Of a stretch of 64,000 nt of DNA, positions 27,615-40,194 are shown piece after piece; positions within the stretch are counted from its first letter, which is position 1; each line of letters opens with the position of its first letter. The position numbers and the translations under genes are program-made. Source of the stretch: Eledone cirrhosa. Lineage: Eukaryota. The stretch lies in NCBI GenBank assembly GCA_964016885.1, contig OZ024741.1:74834001-74898000 (forward strand). The letters are read 5' to 3'. The notes under the pieces are model-generated. The model was not told where the DNA came from. It saw only the letters and a program-made list of their open reading frames with translations, and did not search any database.

Positions 27615-28488
27615 CATCATCATCATTTTACGTCCGCTCTTCCCTGCTTGCAAGGGTGGGACGGGTCTTATTCAGCACAGCATCTCTCCACTTGTCACGG
27701 TCCTTCGTCATCTCCACCGTGAGCTTCAGCGATCTGAGGTCTGTTCTCACCACCTCCGCCCATGTTTTTCATGGTCTACCTCTACCACGTCTTCCTTCAA
27801 CTGGCATTTCCTGGCACTTCTTCACCCATCGGTCATCCTCCATGCGCATCACATATCCATACCACCTCAGTCTCCTCTCCTGTACACTACATTCTATTCC
27901 TCTCAGACACAGTTTCTCTCTCAACACATTCATGCTGGGTCGTTCACGCACATTGACACTGCACATCCAGCGGAGCATGCTTGCCTCATTTCTCTCCAGC
28001 CGGCGCATCTCCTCTGCAGTTGCTGCCCATGTCTCACTACCATGCAACATCGCGCTCCTCACACAGGCATCATATAACCGGCCTTTCGTATGCAGGGTGA
28101 AACCCTTCTTAGTCAGCAGAGGAAGCATATCCCTAAACTTCTTCCAACCCATCCTTATTCTAGATACTATGGCCTCGGAACACCCCCCCCCCCTCCCATG
28201 CTAATCTGATCTCCTAGGTACCGGAAGCTATCCACCATTTCTATAGCACCCACCGGCATTTGAAAAATGTGTCTATCAATGCGACATCTACTGTCTAATT
28301 TCCCTGTACGTCTACTGCATACATATTTCTCCCTACCTGTTAGTTTGCCTGCTATCCTGCTACATCTCTTGTGTACCCAGGATCTGCATTATGTGCATTT
28401 TATAGAATTTATGGCAGTTCCTTTTCTGCATATCAAACATGGCCATTTCCTTGACGGTATCAGAGTTTTGTCCTCTTTTCTACTCATC
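27613..28488 (-). mobile_element. 5'-truncated RTE LINE (family C)
   Basis: [31 protein letters not shown]; PHD-like remnant at ~28300-28450; (GAT)n tail. Confidence 0.88.
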
Positions 28489-28703
28489 ATATATATTTAT
28501 TAAAATAACAGATTAAAGTTTAAGCAAAGAATCGCTGCTTTCACCCTTAACGGGATCTTCTGAAACTAACAAAGTCAATCTGTAAACGGTTCTTATATAT
28601 TTGATATATATTTATCCTTATCGAGCCCTCTTTGGATTTTAGTCTTCAAATTTATTATTATTACTATATATATATATATATATATATAGACATACATACA
28701 TAC

Positions 28704-30950
28704 ATGATGGCTGCCCCCTCGTTATCGAGTATGGCCATTGCACGAGAAAAAAAAAAAATAAATAAATAAATAAAAAGAAAAAAAAAAAGAGAAATATATA
28801 TATATATATATATACATATACACACACACATACATTAATAACAATAATAATAATAATAATAACAACAATAACAACAACGACAACAACAATAATAATATAC
28901 ATATACACACACACGCACACACATAAGCATATCTACACACACACACGATAGCAACTAACAGCGCTGCGATCGAATGTGGCTTTTTAGCCCAGCCAATGAT
29001 CTAAAATGTCTTGCACAGAGTCGGCAACCAAAACATTCACTGGGAATAGTCGGCTGTGGTTGGAGTTTGTGTACTTTTGCATGTCGCTTGAGCCCTCCTG
29101 CTGATTTACATTCTCTACCACATGTTTGGCAAGCATGATGAGTAGCATCTCCAACAGTAGCCTGGTAGTCAACCACTGGTCTTTCTCTATGACTGCGAAG
29201 ATGACTTTCGAGTCCAGCTTTGCTTAGGCAGAGTCTCGCACATACGCTGCATGTCAGCACCATAGGAGGACCCTCGCCGTCTGGAAGTGCAACAGCAATG
29301 CCCTTCCTCACATCCCGCTTTACTTTCTCGTATGCGATTCGAGATGCCTCAAAGGCAACTTTTCCCTCATATACAGTCTTTCTCCATTTATTACGATCAG
29401 CAGCAATATTCTCCCATGTATCAGCAGAGATGTTAGCGTCTTTCAGAGAGGCTTTCAAGGAATCCTTATACCTCTTTTTTGGTTAATGTGGCGGTCGTTT
29501 TCCTTTAACCAACTCTCCATAAAAGAGTTGTTTTGGTATTCTAGAATCCTTCATCCTGGCAAGGTGACCACTCCAACGGAGTCGTTGCTTAAGCACAAGA
29601 GCTTCTATACTGTCACACATAGAGCTTTCCAAAATCTCGACATCACTGATGTGGTCCCTCCAGTGAACGCCATGGATCCGTCTGAGACACATCTGATGGA
29701 AACGCTCCAATTGCTTAAGGTGGTGTCGATATGTGACCCAGGTCTCGCAGGCATAAAGAAGACAAGAGAGCACACATGCCCTGTACACCTTTACCTTTGT
29801 CCTCCTGCATATGTCTCGCCGACCCCAGAGTCGCCTTTCTAGCTTTCCGAAAGCATCACTTGCTTTTCTAATCCTAAGTGAGATTTCACTGTCAAGGTTG
29901 CTGTATCGATTGACAGTGCTTCCCAGGTAGACAAACTGATCAACCACTCCAAGTCGTTTGCCATACACATAGATGTTTGGTTCAGTGTACTGCTTACCAG
30001 GGGCAGGTTGGTACATGACGACGGTTTTCTTGAGACTGACAGTCAGACCTAGGGCAGTGCAAGCGTCAGAAAATGCACTCAAAATGTGCTGCATATCACT
30101 GTGTGCGCTACAAGATCGCAATCATCTGCATACAAGAGGTCTCTTATGATTGATGTAAATACTTTTGTCTTCGCAGCAAAGCGCCTGATGTTAAATATGC
30201 TGCCTGAGGTTCGATATCGGATGTAAACACCATGCTCGCAATTCTTGAATGCAATATAGAAAACCATTGCAAAGTATATGGCAAACAGGGTCGGTGCTGG
30301 AATATCCCCCTGCTTCACTCCATTTTTTACTGAGATAGGCTCCAACATGTTACCCCCGACATTAACCCAAGCCTTCATGTCGTCATGGAAAGACCTAACT
30401 AAAGCAAGGAACTTATCAGGGCAACCAAGTTTCTGAAGAACCTTCCATAATGCATCTCTGTTAACAGTATCGAAAGCTTTTGTCAGATCGACAAAAACCT
30501 GATACAGATCCAAGCCTTGTTCCATGCACTTCTCCTGGAGCTGTCTAGCTGAGAAGATCATATCAGTAGTGCCGCGTCCAGCACGAAAACCAGATTGACT
30601 TTCAGGAAGAACACAATCTGCAATGTGTGTCAGCAGACGGTCCAGAAGCACCCTACATAAAACTTTCCCTACGACAGAAAGCAATGATATACCTCTGTAG
30701 TTCCCACAATCGTTCCTGTCACCCTTTCCCTTGTACAAGATCACATTACTGCATCTCTCCAGTCCTCAGGTACGGATTCATTAGCCCATATCCTGCCAAA
30801 CAAAGAGTGCAGATGTTGCAGGAGTCTCTCACCACCATATTGTAGGAGCTCAGCATGTATGCCATCCATACCTGGAGATCTTCCACTGTTCAGCTTCGAA
30901 ATAGCCACTGCAACCTCCACAAGAGTTGGAGGTTCTGCGAGAGCTACTTT
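28704..30950 (-). mobile_element. 5'-truncated RTE-BovB-like LINE with three C-terminal C2H2 fingers (frameshifted)
   Basis: FVDLTKAFDTVNR, GVKQGDIPAPTLF, LLYADD, LRWSGH; CSVC..SHLRSH, CQTC..RHAKVH, CRLC..SHIRSQ; 3' end GGCAGCCATCAT. Confidence 0.92.
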
Positions 30951-30980
30951 GCATACATACATACATACATACACACACAG

Positions 30981-31058
30981 TTTTGTTTTTTTTATTTGTT
31001 TTGCAAGATTTCTTATCTGAAAACGTATGTTGAAACAGATATTGTTATACTTTGGCGT

Positions 31059-31089
<31 letters not shown>

Positions 31090-31560
31090 GGGTTCGTGCA
31101 CCCAATAAAAACATGCTCCAGTTGGTTTTCACTTCAATTTATTATGAACTTCCAGTCGGTTAATTTAATAACCGGATGATTGTTTATTTGTTTATTGTCA
31201 AAGCTCTTTCATCACACATTCTATGACCTTCTCAGCAACTAATTTGTTATTTTGTGTCTTTCCTTTGTTCTGTCCTACAGCATTTTGTTTTTGTGAGCTG
31301 TGTCCTTGGGTTGGGCATCCAGGTGTGTGTGTATTTTTTATTTATTTATATGTTTATTTACTTGTCACTAGTTGGATATCTGTGTCTTCTTTGTTTTATT
31401 AGATTGGTTCTTGTGTGTCTCTTATGTGTTTAAATTGTCCTTAGTTACTATTTGTGATGTTGTTGCTATTCTACTCATGTTTTCTGTTTAGTTTTGGTTG
31501 GAGTTCATTTATGTTTTGTCACTTCTGTAATCTGTTGGAGCATTGCATATTTTCTGTGTT
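30981..31560 (-). mobile_element. Degenerate PLE family-2-like 3' end and pLTR; decayed hammerhead at ~31197-31238
   Basis: INELQPKLTENMS-like endonuclease end; GTCATAGAATGTGTGATGAAAGAGCTTTGAC; terminal [21 protein letters not shown]. Confidence 0.8.
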
Positions 31561-31589
31561 GAATAGCAATACTATCACAAGTAACTAAG

Positions 31590-32088
31590 TAATACCGAAG
31601 ACCCGCCTTCCTATAAGCATGATTTGAAGCATGCATCTTGTAACACTACCTTCCCATCTTCATTCCATACACCTGCACACCCTAACAACCCTTGCCCCTG
31701 ACCACGTCCCTCCCCTTCTTACACCTCCCATGTCTTAACACTTCACCCACTCATGAACACTCCACCCCGCTCACATATACCCCTTGATCTACCTTTTTAA
31801 TCTGCTCCACCCAAGTCCCCAGCCGACACTGTAAAGTGGTTTGTAGGTAACATGACAAAAAGCACCCAGCCCAACCTTTAAATTAGTCATGTAGGTGTCA
31901 CGACAAAAAGCACACATCACACACTGTGAATGTGGTTGGTGTTAAGAAGAGCATCCAGCCATAGAAAACAAGTGAAAACCAGTCCTGTATGAGCAAGTCA
32001 GAATCATCAGACCTGGCTTGTCTCATAACGGGGCAACTCGTCTAACCCATGCTAGCGTGGAAATGAACATTGAACAGTGATGATGATT
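31590..32088 (+). mobile_element. RTE LINE 3' UTR fragment
   Basis: Three ~45-bp UTR units and ctaacccatgctagcgtggaa..(gat)n tail. Confidence 0.7.
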
Positions 32089-32182
32089 ATATATATATAT
32101 ACTGAACATATATACATATATACACAAGTATAGACATACATATTTGTGTGTGTGTATGTATATATATATATATATATACATA

Positions 32183-35100
32183 TAATTTTTCTGGGTGGGA
32201 AATGACGATGGGATGGGTGGTGTAGGTATACTATTAGCTGACAAGTGGGTAGATAAAGTAATCTCAGTGTACAGGGTAAATGCAAGAATCATTAAACTCA
32301 GACTAGTCCTGAATAAGACAATTACCACAATAATATCAGCTTACGCACCCCAATCGGGGCTGCCAGACGAACTTAAGGATAGGTTTTACGAGTCCCTAAT
32401 ACATACTACTGCTCTAACAGACGACAAGGACTTCCTAATCATTGCAGGAGATTTTAACGGACACGTAGGTAAACACTGCGACGGCTTCAATAGAGTACAT
32501 GGAGGCCATGGAGTTGGCACAAGGAATGAGGAAGGATTCAGACTTCTAGAATTCTGCGACGCCAATGACATGTCGATATGTAACACAAACTTTAAAAAAC
32601 CCGACAACCACCTGATCACCTATAGATCAGGGGAGCACTCTAGTCAGTTAGATTTTATCCTCATCAGAGGACGTGACAGATGGACGGTCGTAAACACAAA
32701 AGCCTTCCCTAGTGAGGAATGTACATCCCAACATAGCTTAGTTGTCAGCGACCTCACGGTCAGAACTAGACGAGCCCTGAAACAGAGGCCAACCTGGAGA
32801 AGAAAGATCTGGAAGCTGAAAGTCCCCTCAACCAGTAACAGATTTAAAGATATTTTACTCAACGCCTACGACAGTAAAGAAGAACAGATAGAGACATTTA
32901 ACGTAGAAGAGAACTGGGAGTTCCTAAAAAATAACTTACTAGAGGCGACGGATGAGGTTTGTGGCTGGAGTAAGACCTCAAGCAGGAGGAGAGTGACTTG
33001 GTGGTGGAACAATAAGGTAGATGAAGCAGTCAAGGCCAAGAGACAGGCATGGAAAGAATGGAAGAACGGAGGGAGCAGGGTACATTACATAGAGACCAAG
33101 AGGGAAGCTAGGCGACAAGTATACTTAGCTAGGAGGGAAGCAGAGGATAGAAAATTCAAGCATGTTTTACAACGTGAGGACCAGAAACAGGAGGTATTCA
33201 AGATTGCGAGGCAGTGTGTCAGAGATAGTTGTGATGTCATTGGAGAGAAGTGTATCCGGAATGATAAAGGTGAGCTTGCCCTCACAAGTGCTGAGAAGAA
33301 AGATGCATGGAAGAGTCATTATGATAGATTACTAAATGAGGAGAATGCATGGGAAGAAGAGACCCTACCCCACGTAGACCCTATAGAGGGACCAGCAGTA
33401 CAAGTCAGCGGCAGCGTAGTAAGTAAGGCAATCAGAGATATGAAGATAGGGAAGGCAACCGGTCCATCGGGTATAGCTGCCGAGATGCTGAAGGCATCTG
33501 GGTCTGTAGGTCACACTATAACCACACGTATCGTTAACCAGGTAATACTAGAGGGGGCCATACCAAAAGATTGGTGCAGTAGCATCATTGTCAACTGCTA
33601 CAAAGGTAAAGGCGATGCACTAGATAGAGGAAACTATAGAGGTATAAAGTTGATGGACCAGGTCATGAAAGTAACAGAAAGAGTTATAGCACAGCTGATT
33701 AGGGACCGGGTGAATATAGACGAGATGCAATTTGGGTTTGTACCAGGGAAAGGCACCACTGATGCGCTCTTCCTTGTGAGGCAATTACAGGAAAAGTACC
33801 TAGCTAAAAGTAAGCCACTCTACTTGGCATTTGTCGACCTTGAGAAAGCCTTTGACAGAGTTCCACGTGCAGTAATCTGGTGGGCTCTTAGAAAACTAGG
33901 AGTAGATGAATGGCTTGTGAAAGCGGTACAAGCCATGTATAGGGGAACAGTCAGCAAAGTTAGGATTGGCAATGAGTATAGCGAGGAATTTAGCGTACAG
34001 GTTGGGGTCCACCAGGGCTCTGTTCTTAGCCCTCTCCTGTTCATCATAGTCCTGCAGGCAATAACGGAGGAGTTTAAGACCGGATGCCCATGGGAACTCC
34101 TGTATGCTGATGACCTCGCACTCATAGCTGAATCTATGGTAGAACTAGAGAATAAATTCCAAACCTGGAAGCAGGGACTAGAGAGAAAGGGCCTCAAAGT
34201 CAACATGACAAAGACTAAGGTCCTTATAAGTAGACGAGAAAACAGAACCCAGATCCCCTCAGGGAAATGGCCTTGCTCAGTATGTAGGAAAGGTGTAGGT
34301 AGGAACTCCATTCTTTGCCCCAAATGCAAACAATGGGTACACAAGAGATGTAGCGGGATCTCAGGAAGCTTAATTAAGAATGTAGGATTCACATGCAGCA
34401 GCTGTGCTGAAACAGCAAGCAAACAGCCACAGGAAACAAGTACCACCAATCTCTGGGAGGGCCCTGTAGAAACAGTAGACAGCTTCTGCTACCTAGGTGA
34501 CCGAATTAGCAACGGAGGTGGGTGCTCAGAAAGTACAATAACTAGGGTAAGAACGGGATGGAAGAAGTTTAGGGAACTACTACCACTGCTAGCTGCAAAA
34601 GGCTTCTCCCTCAGAATGAAAGGCAGACTGTATGATGCGTGTATCCGAACAGCGATGTTGCATGGTAGTGAGACCTGGGCGCTGAAGGTGGAAGACTTAC
34701 GTAGATTAGAGAGAAACGAAGCCTGCATGCTCCGATGGATGTGTAACAGTAATATACGTGAACGACAAAGCATAAATGAATTGAGAGAGAGACTGAGCAT
34801 AAGAGGAATCAAATGCTGCGTGCAGGAGAGGCGGTTACGCTGGTATGGACATGTGATGCGTATCAAGGATGACAGCTGCATAAAAAGGTGCAGAGCACTA
34901 GAAGTTGATGGAAACCGCGGAGTGGGGAGACCCAAGATGACTTGGGATGAGGTGATAAAAGCCGACCTTACCCAACTACACCTCTCAAAGTCAATGACAC
35001 ACGACCGTGACTTCTGGCGTCACGCAGTAATACAGGGTACCCGACCTCCCATGGGTACATGCTGAAGCATATAAACAATATGCCCCCCCCCCCCACCGCA

Positions 35101-35369
35101 AGGTGGTCGTGGAGGTGCCACGGCAAAAAAGCACCCAGCCCACACTGTAAAGTGGACGTGTAGGCGCCACGAAAAAGCACCCAGCACTCACTGTAAATGA
35201 GGTTGGTGTTAGGAAGGGCATCCAGCTGTAGAAATCAAGCCAGATCAGTTCCTGTATGAGCAAGGCATGGTCAGCCGACCAGACACTGCCCACAACAGGA
35301 CAACCCGTCTAACCCATGCTAGCGTGGAAGAACGGACGTAAAACGGTGATGATGATGATGATGATGATG

Positions 35370-35370
<1 letters not shown>
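32183..35370 (+). mobile_element. Near full-length RTE LINE (family A), truncated within the APE domain
   Basis: Begins abruptly after (TA)n at IFWVGND; uninterrupted ORF; ~300-bp 3' UTR; (GAT)n tail. Confidence 0.95.
32195..35065 (+). CDS. LINE ORF: AP endonuclease + reverse transcriptase with internal PHD-like finger (956 aa, N-terminus missing)
   Basis: SAYAPQ, AGDFNGHVG, SQLDFIL, SQHSLV (APE); [20 protein letters not shown] (RT); CSVC..CPKC..H..C..CSSC. Confidence 0.93.
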   Translation: MGNDDGMGGVGILLADKWVDKVISVYRVNARIIKLRLVLNKTITTIISAYAPQSGLPDELKDRFYESLIHTTALTDDKDFLIIAGDFNGHVGKHCDGFNRVHGGHGVGTRNEEGFRLLEFCDANDMSICNTNFKKPDNHLITYRSGEHSSQLDFILIRGRDRWTVVNTKAFPSEECTSQHSLVVSDLTVRTRRALKQRPTWRRKIWKLKVPSTSNRFKDILLNAYDSKEEQIETFNVEENWEFLKNNLLEATDEVCGWSKTSSRRRVTWWWNNKVDEAVKAKRQAWKEWKNGGSRVHYIETKREARRQVYLARREAEDRKFKHVLQREDQKQEVFKIARQCVRDSCDVIGEKCIRNDKGELALTSAEKKDAWKSHYDRLLNEENAWEEETLPHVDPIEGPAVQVSGSVVSKAIRDMKIGKATGPSGIAAEMLKASGSVGHTITTRIVNQVILEGAIPKDWCSSIIVNCYKGKGDALDRGNYRGIKLMDQVMKVTERVIAQLIRDRVNIDEMQFGFVPGKGTTDALFLVRQLQEKYLAKSKPLYLAFVDLEKAFDRVPRAVIWWALRKLGVDEWLVKAVQAMYRGTVSKVRIGNEYSEEFSVQVGVHQGSVLSPLLFIIVLQAITEEFKTGCPWELLYADDLALIAESMVELENKFQTWKQGLERKGLKVNMTKTKVLISRRENRTQIPSGKWPCSVCRKGVGRNSILCPKCKQWVHKRCSGISGSLIKNVGFTCSSCAETASKQPQETSTTNLWEGPVETVDSFCYLGDRISNGGGCSESTITRVRTGWKKFRELLPLLAAKGFSLRMKGRLYDACIRTAMLHGSETWALKVEDLRRLERNEACMLRWMCNSNIRERQSINELRERLSIRGIKCCVQERRLRWYGHVMRIKDDSCIKRCRALEVDGNRGVGRPKMTWDEVIKADLTQLHLSKSMTHDRDFWRHAVIQGTRPPMGTC

Positions 35371-35417
<47 letters not shown>

Positions 35418-35418
<1 letters not shown>

Positions 35419-35595
35419 ATCATCATCCTACAGACTATAACAGAAGAGTTTAAGACTGGCTGCCCATGAGAACTTCTGTGTGCAGATGATCTAACCCCTA
35501 TAGCTGAAACTATGGCAGAATTAGAGAAGAAACTCCAAACCTGGAATCATAGCCTAGAATCAAAAGGTCTTAAAGTTAACTTGTAGAAAGGAAAA
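35418..35595 (+). pseudogene. Short RT fragment of a family-B-like RTE
   Basis: IILQTITEEFKTGCP*ELLCADDL..AELEKKLQTW..LESKGLKVNL. Confidence 0.75.
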
Positions 35596-37070
35596 CAATT
35601 GTAATATGCCAATAAAGTTTGTACATGTGTAAATATGTGGTGGTTTCCACGAACAATTATTAGTTAGGTTCTAAGGAAAATTCCGCGAATGCCGAGTGTA
35701 CACTGTATACCACTAAACGTTTGTAAAACCACTATACTTGCATGATGTATGGTATGATTTATGGTGGGTATAAACAAGGTCACTACTAGAATTTTTATAA
35801 ACATGTTTGATACAAACACACAAAATAACTGATATGGAAAAATTGCTTTGCTGAGGAGTCTTCACCACGTACTCGTGTATGACTCAATTTACTCTAACTA
35901 CAATTCAATCAAGCTTCTTCATAACCAGTCTTTCTTGCAACACATCATCAATCTCGCATAGCATCATACATTCAGCATGCTAGCCACATACTCTTGGGTT
36001 TAACTCAATTTATCTAAACTAAAATTTAACCAACCTTCATCATAACCACACCTCAACCAAGTCCTCCCAGCCACATATCAATTTCACATATAATCTCTCA
36101 TACATTCAATCTTACATTCCTTTGTTTCATTCACCAACAAATTTTACTGGTGACCCTGATATAATTCACTGAAGTAAAAATGGATGTGCATGCACAGGAC
36201 TGGCAAATGTATGTTGTGGAAAAACTGGGAAAACACACTATAGACAATAGCACATAGTTTGAATCAAAATATTTTGTATGCTTCAACAATAAATATGGTT
36301 TCATTGAATCATACTAGAAAACAGGTGATGTACAGAAATTAACAGTATTCATGACATATATGTAAGATATACAAAAGTTCAATAAAATCAAACTAAAAAA
36401 ATTACAGTTATATTTAAGGTCTGAATCAAGAGGGAAATGTCTGCATATGTTGGCATCATTGAGAATTTAAGATGATGGACAGCCATGGTGTTTGTTACAA
36501 CACTATGACATCTGCTTGTTTTTATTTCATGTCTATATTAGTTGTGCCTGATTTGATAAGGAATCATGCTTGGCTGGTCACAGACTGCACACTTAACTTG
36601 TTCTCACAGGACAAAAACATCAAGGTTTTGATCATATGGTTTTATTGGCCGGCTTAAAGCTGATGTCATGTTTTTCTCAGGGAAACATGAAAGTGGATTA
36701 AGTGTTCCAGGTTTCGAATCCAGGTAGAATTCTTTTACATTTATATATCAACCGTGATAATATGCCAAGTATGTTTGTATGTTTATTTATACATATCTTT
36801 GTCTATAATTCTTTAATATTTAACACATAAATATACAGATAATGCACTTCCTATTTCAGTCAATAAGTAGATTATTTTCAAATCACAAGGTCCTGAATTC
36901 TAACCCTAAATTTGTCCCTGTAAATAGTCATTTCTCCAAAGTTACTCACATTTTATCCTGTAAATCATTTGTACATACATATTGAATATTTATGTACTTA
37001 TATCCTAGAAATAAAATATCAAAATACACAAAGTGTTGTAGTTTGCATGAAGCATTGTGGAATAGGAAAA

Positions 37071-37364
37071 ACAAATTTAAATAAGTTTAAATATTTGAAA
37101 GTCCTATAATGCATACAAGATTAAAAGTGCCAAGGTAATAGGAATTATAGAGGAAAATAGAATTTTACCGTAGCAAATTTAATTATCTCAAATATTTTCG
37201 GGTTTAAAACCCATTATCAACAGAGGATCCATGTGTAGGTGTTCAAAGAGCTATTGGAGAAGAGTTGTTGTTTGGCTGGCAGATTTAATTTTCTTATTAC
37301 TTTGGTACTTTTAATCTTGTATGCATTAAAAGGCTTTCAAATATTTAAACTTATTTAAATTTGT
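37071..37364. repeat. Inverted repeat, 74-bp arms and 146-nt loop, in otherwise unique sequence
   Basis: 37071-37144 pairs with 37291-37364; six non-Watson-Crick positions, four of them G-U on the + strand. Confidence 0.9.
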
Positions 37365-39707
37365 ATTAAAATATCATTAATATCTTTAACCATGTCCATT
37401 TGACAGTAATGAATATAAACTATAAGGTTTCTCTTATGCAAACCATTAATTTATCAAAAATGCAAATTTCCCACTTTGTATAATTGTTCATATAGTTGGT
37501 AATGTTGGTAAATGTAGCATACCAATCTTGAACCCCCAAAATTAAATGCATTGAACATTATTTCAATCATTATTGATGACACAGGTCTATTAGTATATAT
37601 TATGAGAATATAAAATGTTTAAACAGGATTAAAAGATATTCACTTACACAATAAAAAATACTAATGAACAATTGGATTAAAAGAAATGTAAATTGAATAT
37701 ACAGGTACCAAACCATTTACCTGGCTCCCAGAAATTCAAAATAATCTAAGGAACCAGTTATTTAAAATAAGATTTTAATTTGGTGTACTGTTTCCTACTG
37801 ACCCATAAATGTTTCTAACTTTTAACCACAAAGCCACATTGGGAAGACATTTTTAAAATGTACAAAACAGATTTATGACTAAAAACTTGACATCTTTACT
37901 TTACTGCAAATTTTCACAACAATCTATCCACTAGGAAAGATATTATGAAGATTTGAATTAACCAATTTTTAGATATTTTCTGCTAAATCATTTTTTTAAA
38001 AATTCTCTTTGTTTAATTTTCATGCTATATATTATTTTGGTTCAGGTATTCTGTACAGGAATTTTAAGAACTGTATCACTTTAAAGATCCAGCAAAGTCC
38101 TAACTCAGCTGTCTTGCACTTTCATGTAAATGTTTACAATCTTTATGAAAGCAATCATAATTATGAAGGAGACAGTTTAAGAAAGAAGCATTGGGGCTTG
38201 TGGAATGGATGATGAACCTATTGTATTTTAATTTGTACCTATCTCCGTAAAATATAATTATGTTCTTTACTTTTTTTCATTTAATTTTCATTAGCATGTA
38301 TCCAGTTTTAAATAGGTACACTGTATCTTTGTAGGTCATAAAAAGCAACTAAAAAGATTGGTATCAGGAAGGGCATCCTGCTGTAAAACATTGCTGCAAA
38401 AAGTTCCATTCAGCCCATGTCAGTATGGAAAAATTGACATAAAAATGATAATGATATATGTGGTACAACTATTCTATAAAGATAGCTTAAGAATTTTAAA
38501 AGGATTAATAAATATCAAACTGACCCTGCTTTCGAAGTGCATTAATCTGTATCTGTATCATTTTTTATCTTTACTTTTCCCATTGTTTATTTTATATTTT
38601 ATGCATATATTTAGCCATTACCTAGGAATTCAGCAAATCCAGATCACATCATGTCTCAAGCTTCCTAGATAAATTGTTCAGTACTTGTATAAGATAAATT
38701 ATTATTTAACTACAGCTAATAACTAACATTTATTAATGTAAAATGATATTAGTCATTATAAGAACCAGTTTGAGACATGACAGAGAAACAGACCAACTGA
38801 AGATATTCAAACTACATAGCTATTTGTGTGGTTAGTAATCCGTAACATAGTTGCTTGGAAAGTAATAGATATGTAGTTCAAATCCTTTTTGTGGTGCTGT
38901 TGTTTCACTTATTTTTTTGTTTCAAACTGGTACTTATAAAGTTAAAATAATTTAGATAAAGTAATTAAGACTCAAACAAAGGAAAGTAGCCAGTTTTAAA
39001 AATATATTTTGATTCCATAAAATTTGAGAAATGGTTTCTACAAAGGGAAAAGGCCAATAATTTAGGAGAAAAGTAAATTTGATTAAATTGAGTGGTACCT
39101 TATTTTATCGACCATGGAAGGATGAAGGGACGAGGTCAACTCTGCCTTTGATCCTTTTGAGGTAGATAAAACATATAACCAGTCAAGTATTGGGTTGATA
39201 TAATCAACGTTTCCTATTACCAAAATTGCTGGCCGTGCGTTAAAATTAGAAATTATTTGAGAAGGAATAAAATAAAAAAGTGGTTATGTATTAAATATGT
39301 TTTCATTCAGAAACTAATTTGTATATATAAATTTTTACTTCCAGGAAAGTAACTCTCTAAATCAAGTAAACTTTAACCATTCAATAAATATGAGTTTGTT
39401 AACTCTTGTTACTATATTTTTAATGAAGGACACTATGAAATCTAAATAATTTTGAAAATAATGAACTTGAAGGATTTAGTAAAGTATCTTTATCCTTGCT
39501 AAGTTGGTGCTTGGAACATAAATATTCTTACAAATTTTTTTAGATAAATATAAATACAGTTTCAAGATGTTTGGTATTAAAAGAGTTAAAATGAGCACTA
39601 AAAATAAAACCTCTTAAAAGTAGCACTTCAGTATAGCTGTAGTCCTTTTGTTACTATGTGTTTAATGTATTTTAATGTATTTTGTACAGCCAGTGTATTT
39701 TAATGTA

Positions 39708-39940
39708 TTTTGAAAATATATATATATATATATTTTATTAAATATTTGCTTTATGGTTTTATACATTTTATATATATATTATCCTTATCGAGCCCTCTTC
39801 GGATTTTAGTCTTCACATTTATTATTATTACTATATATATATATATATAACAGATGAATTTAACTTAATCTGATTATCAAACTGATGTTTGGAACATTAC
39901 AGAACAAAAACTTTCTTGCATGAATTTATCACGGGGTTTG

Positions 39941-39980
<40 letters not shown>

Positions 39981-40194
39981 CACATATATATTTTATTAAA
40001 TATTTGCTTTATGGTTTTATACATTTTATATATATATTATCCTTATCGAGCCCTATTCAGATTTTAGTCTTCACATTTATTATTATTACTATATATATAT
40101 AACAGATGAATTTAACTTAATCTGATTATCAAACTGATGTTTGGAACATTACAGAACAAAAGCTTTCTTGCATGAATTTATCACGGGGTTTGAA
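39708..40194. repeat. Tandem duplication (~235-255 bp) of a (TA)n-embedded fragment plus flanking MITE sequence
   Basis: ttttattaaatatttgc...tcacggggtttgaa occurs twice; the embedded fragment also occurs at ~28600-28665. Confidence 0.88.

Noticed and set aside
33820-34935. Long antisense ORFs over RTE copies
   Set aside because: Shadow frames of the RT coding strand with no independent motifs
35851-35885. CTGAGGA-GTC...GAC partial hammerhead
   Set aside because: GAAA and stem III are absent; at best a truncated relic
36700-36730. B-box-like GGTTTCGAATCC suggesting a tRNA
   Set aside because: No cloverleaf or A-box; more likely chance or a decayed SINE head
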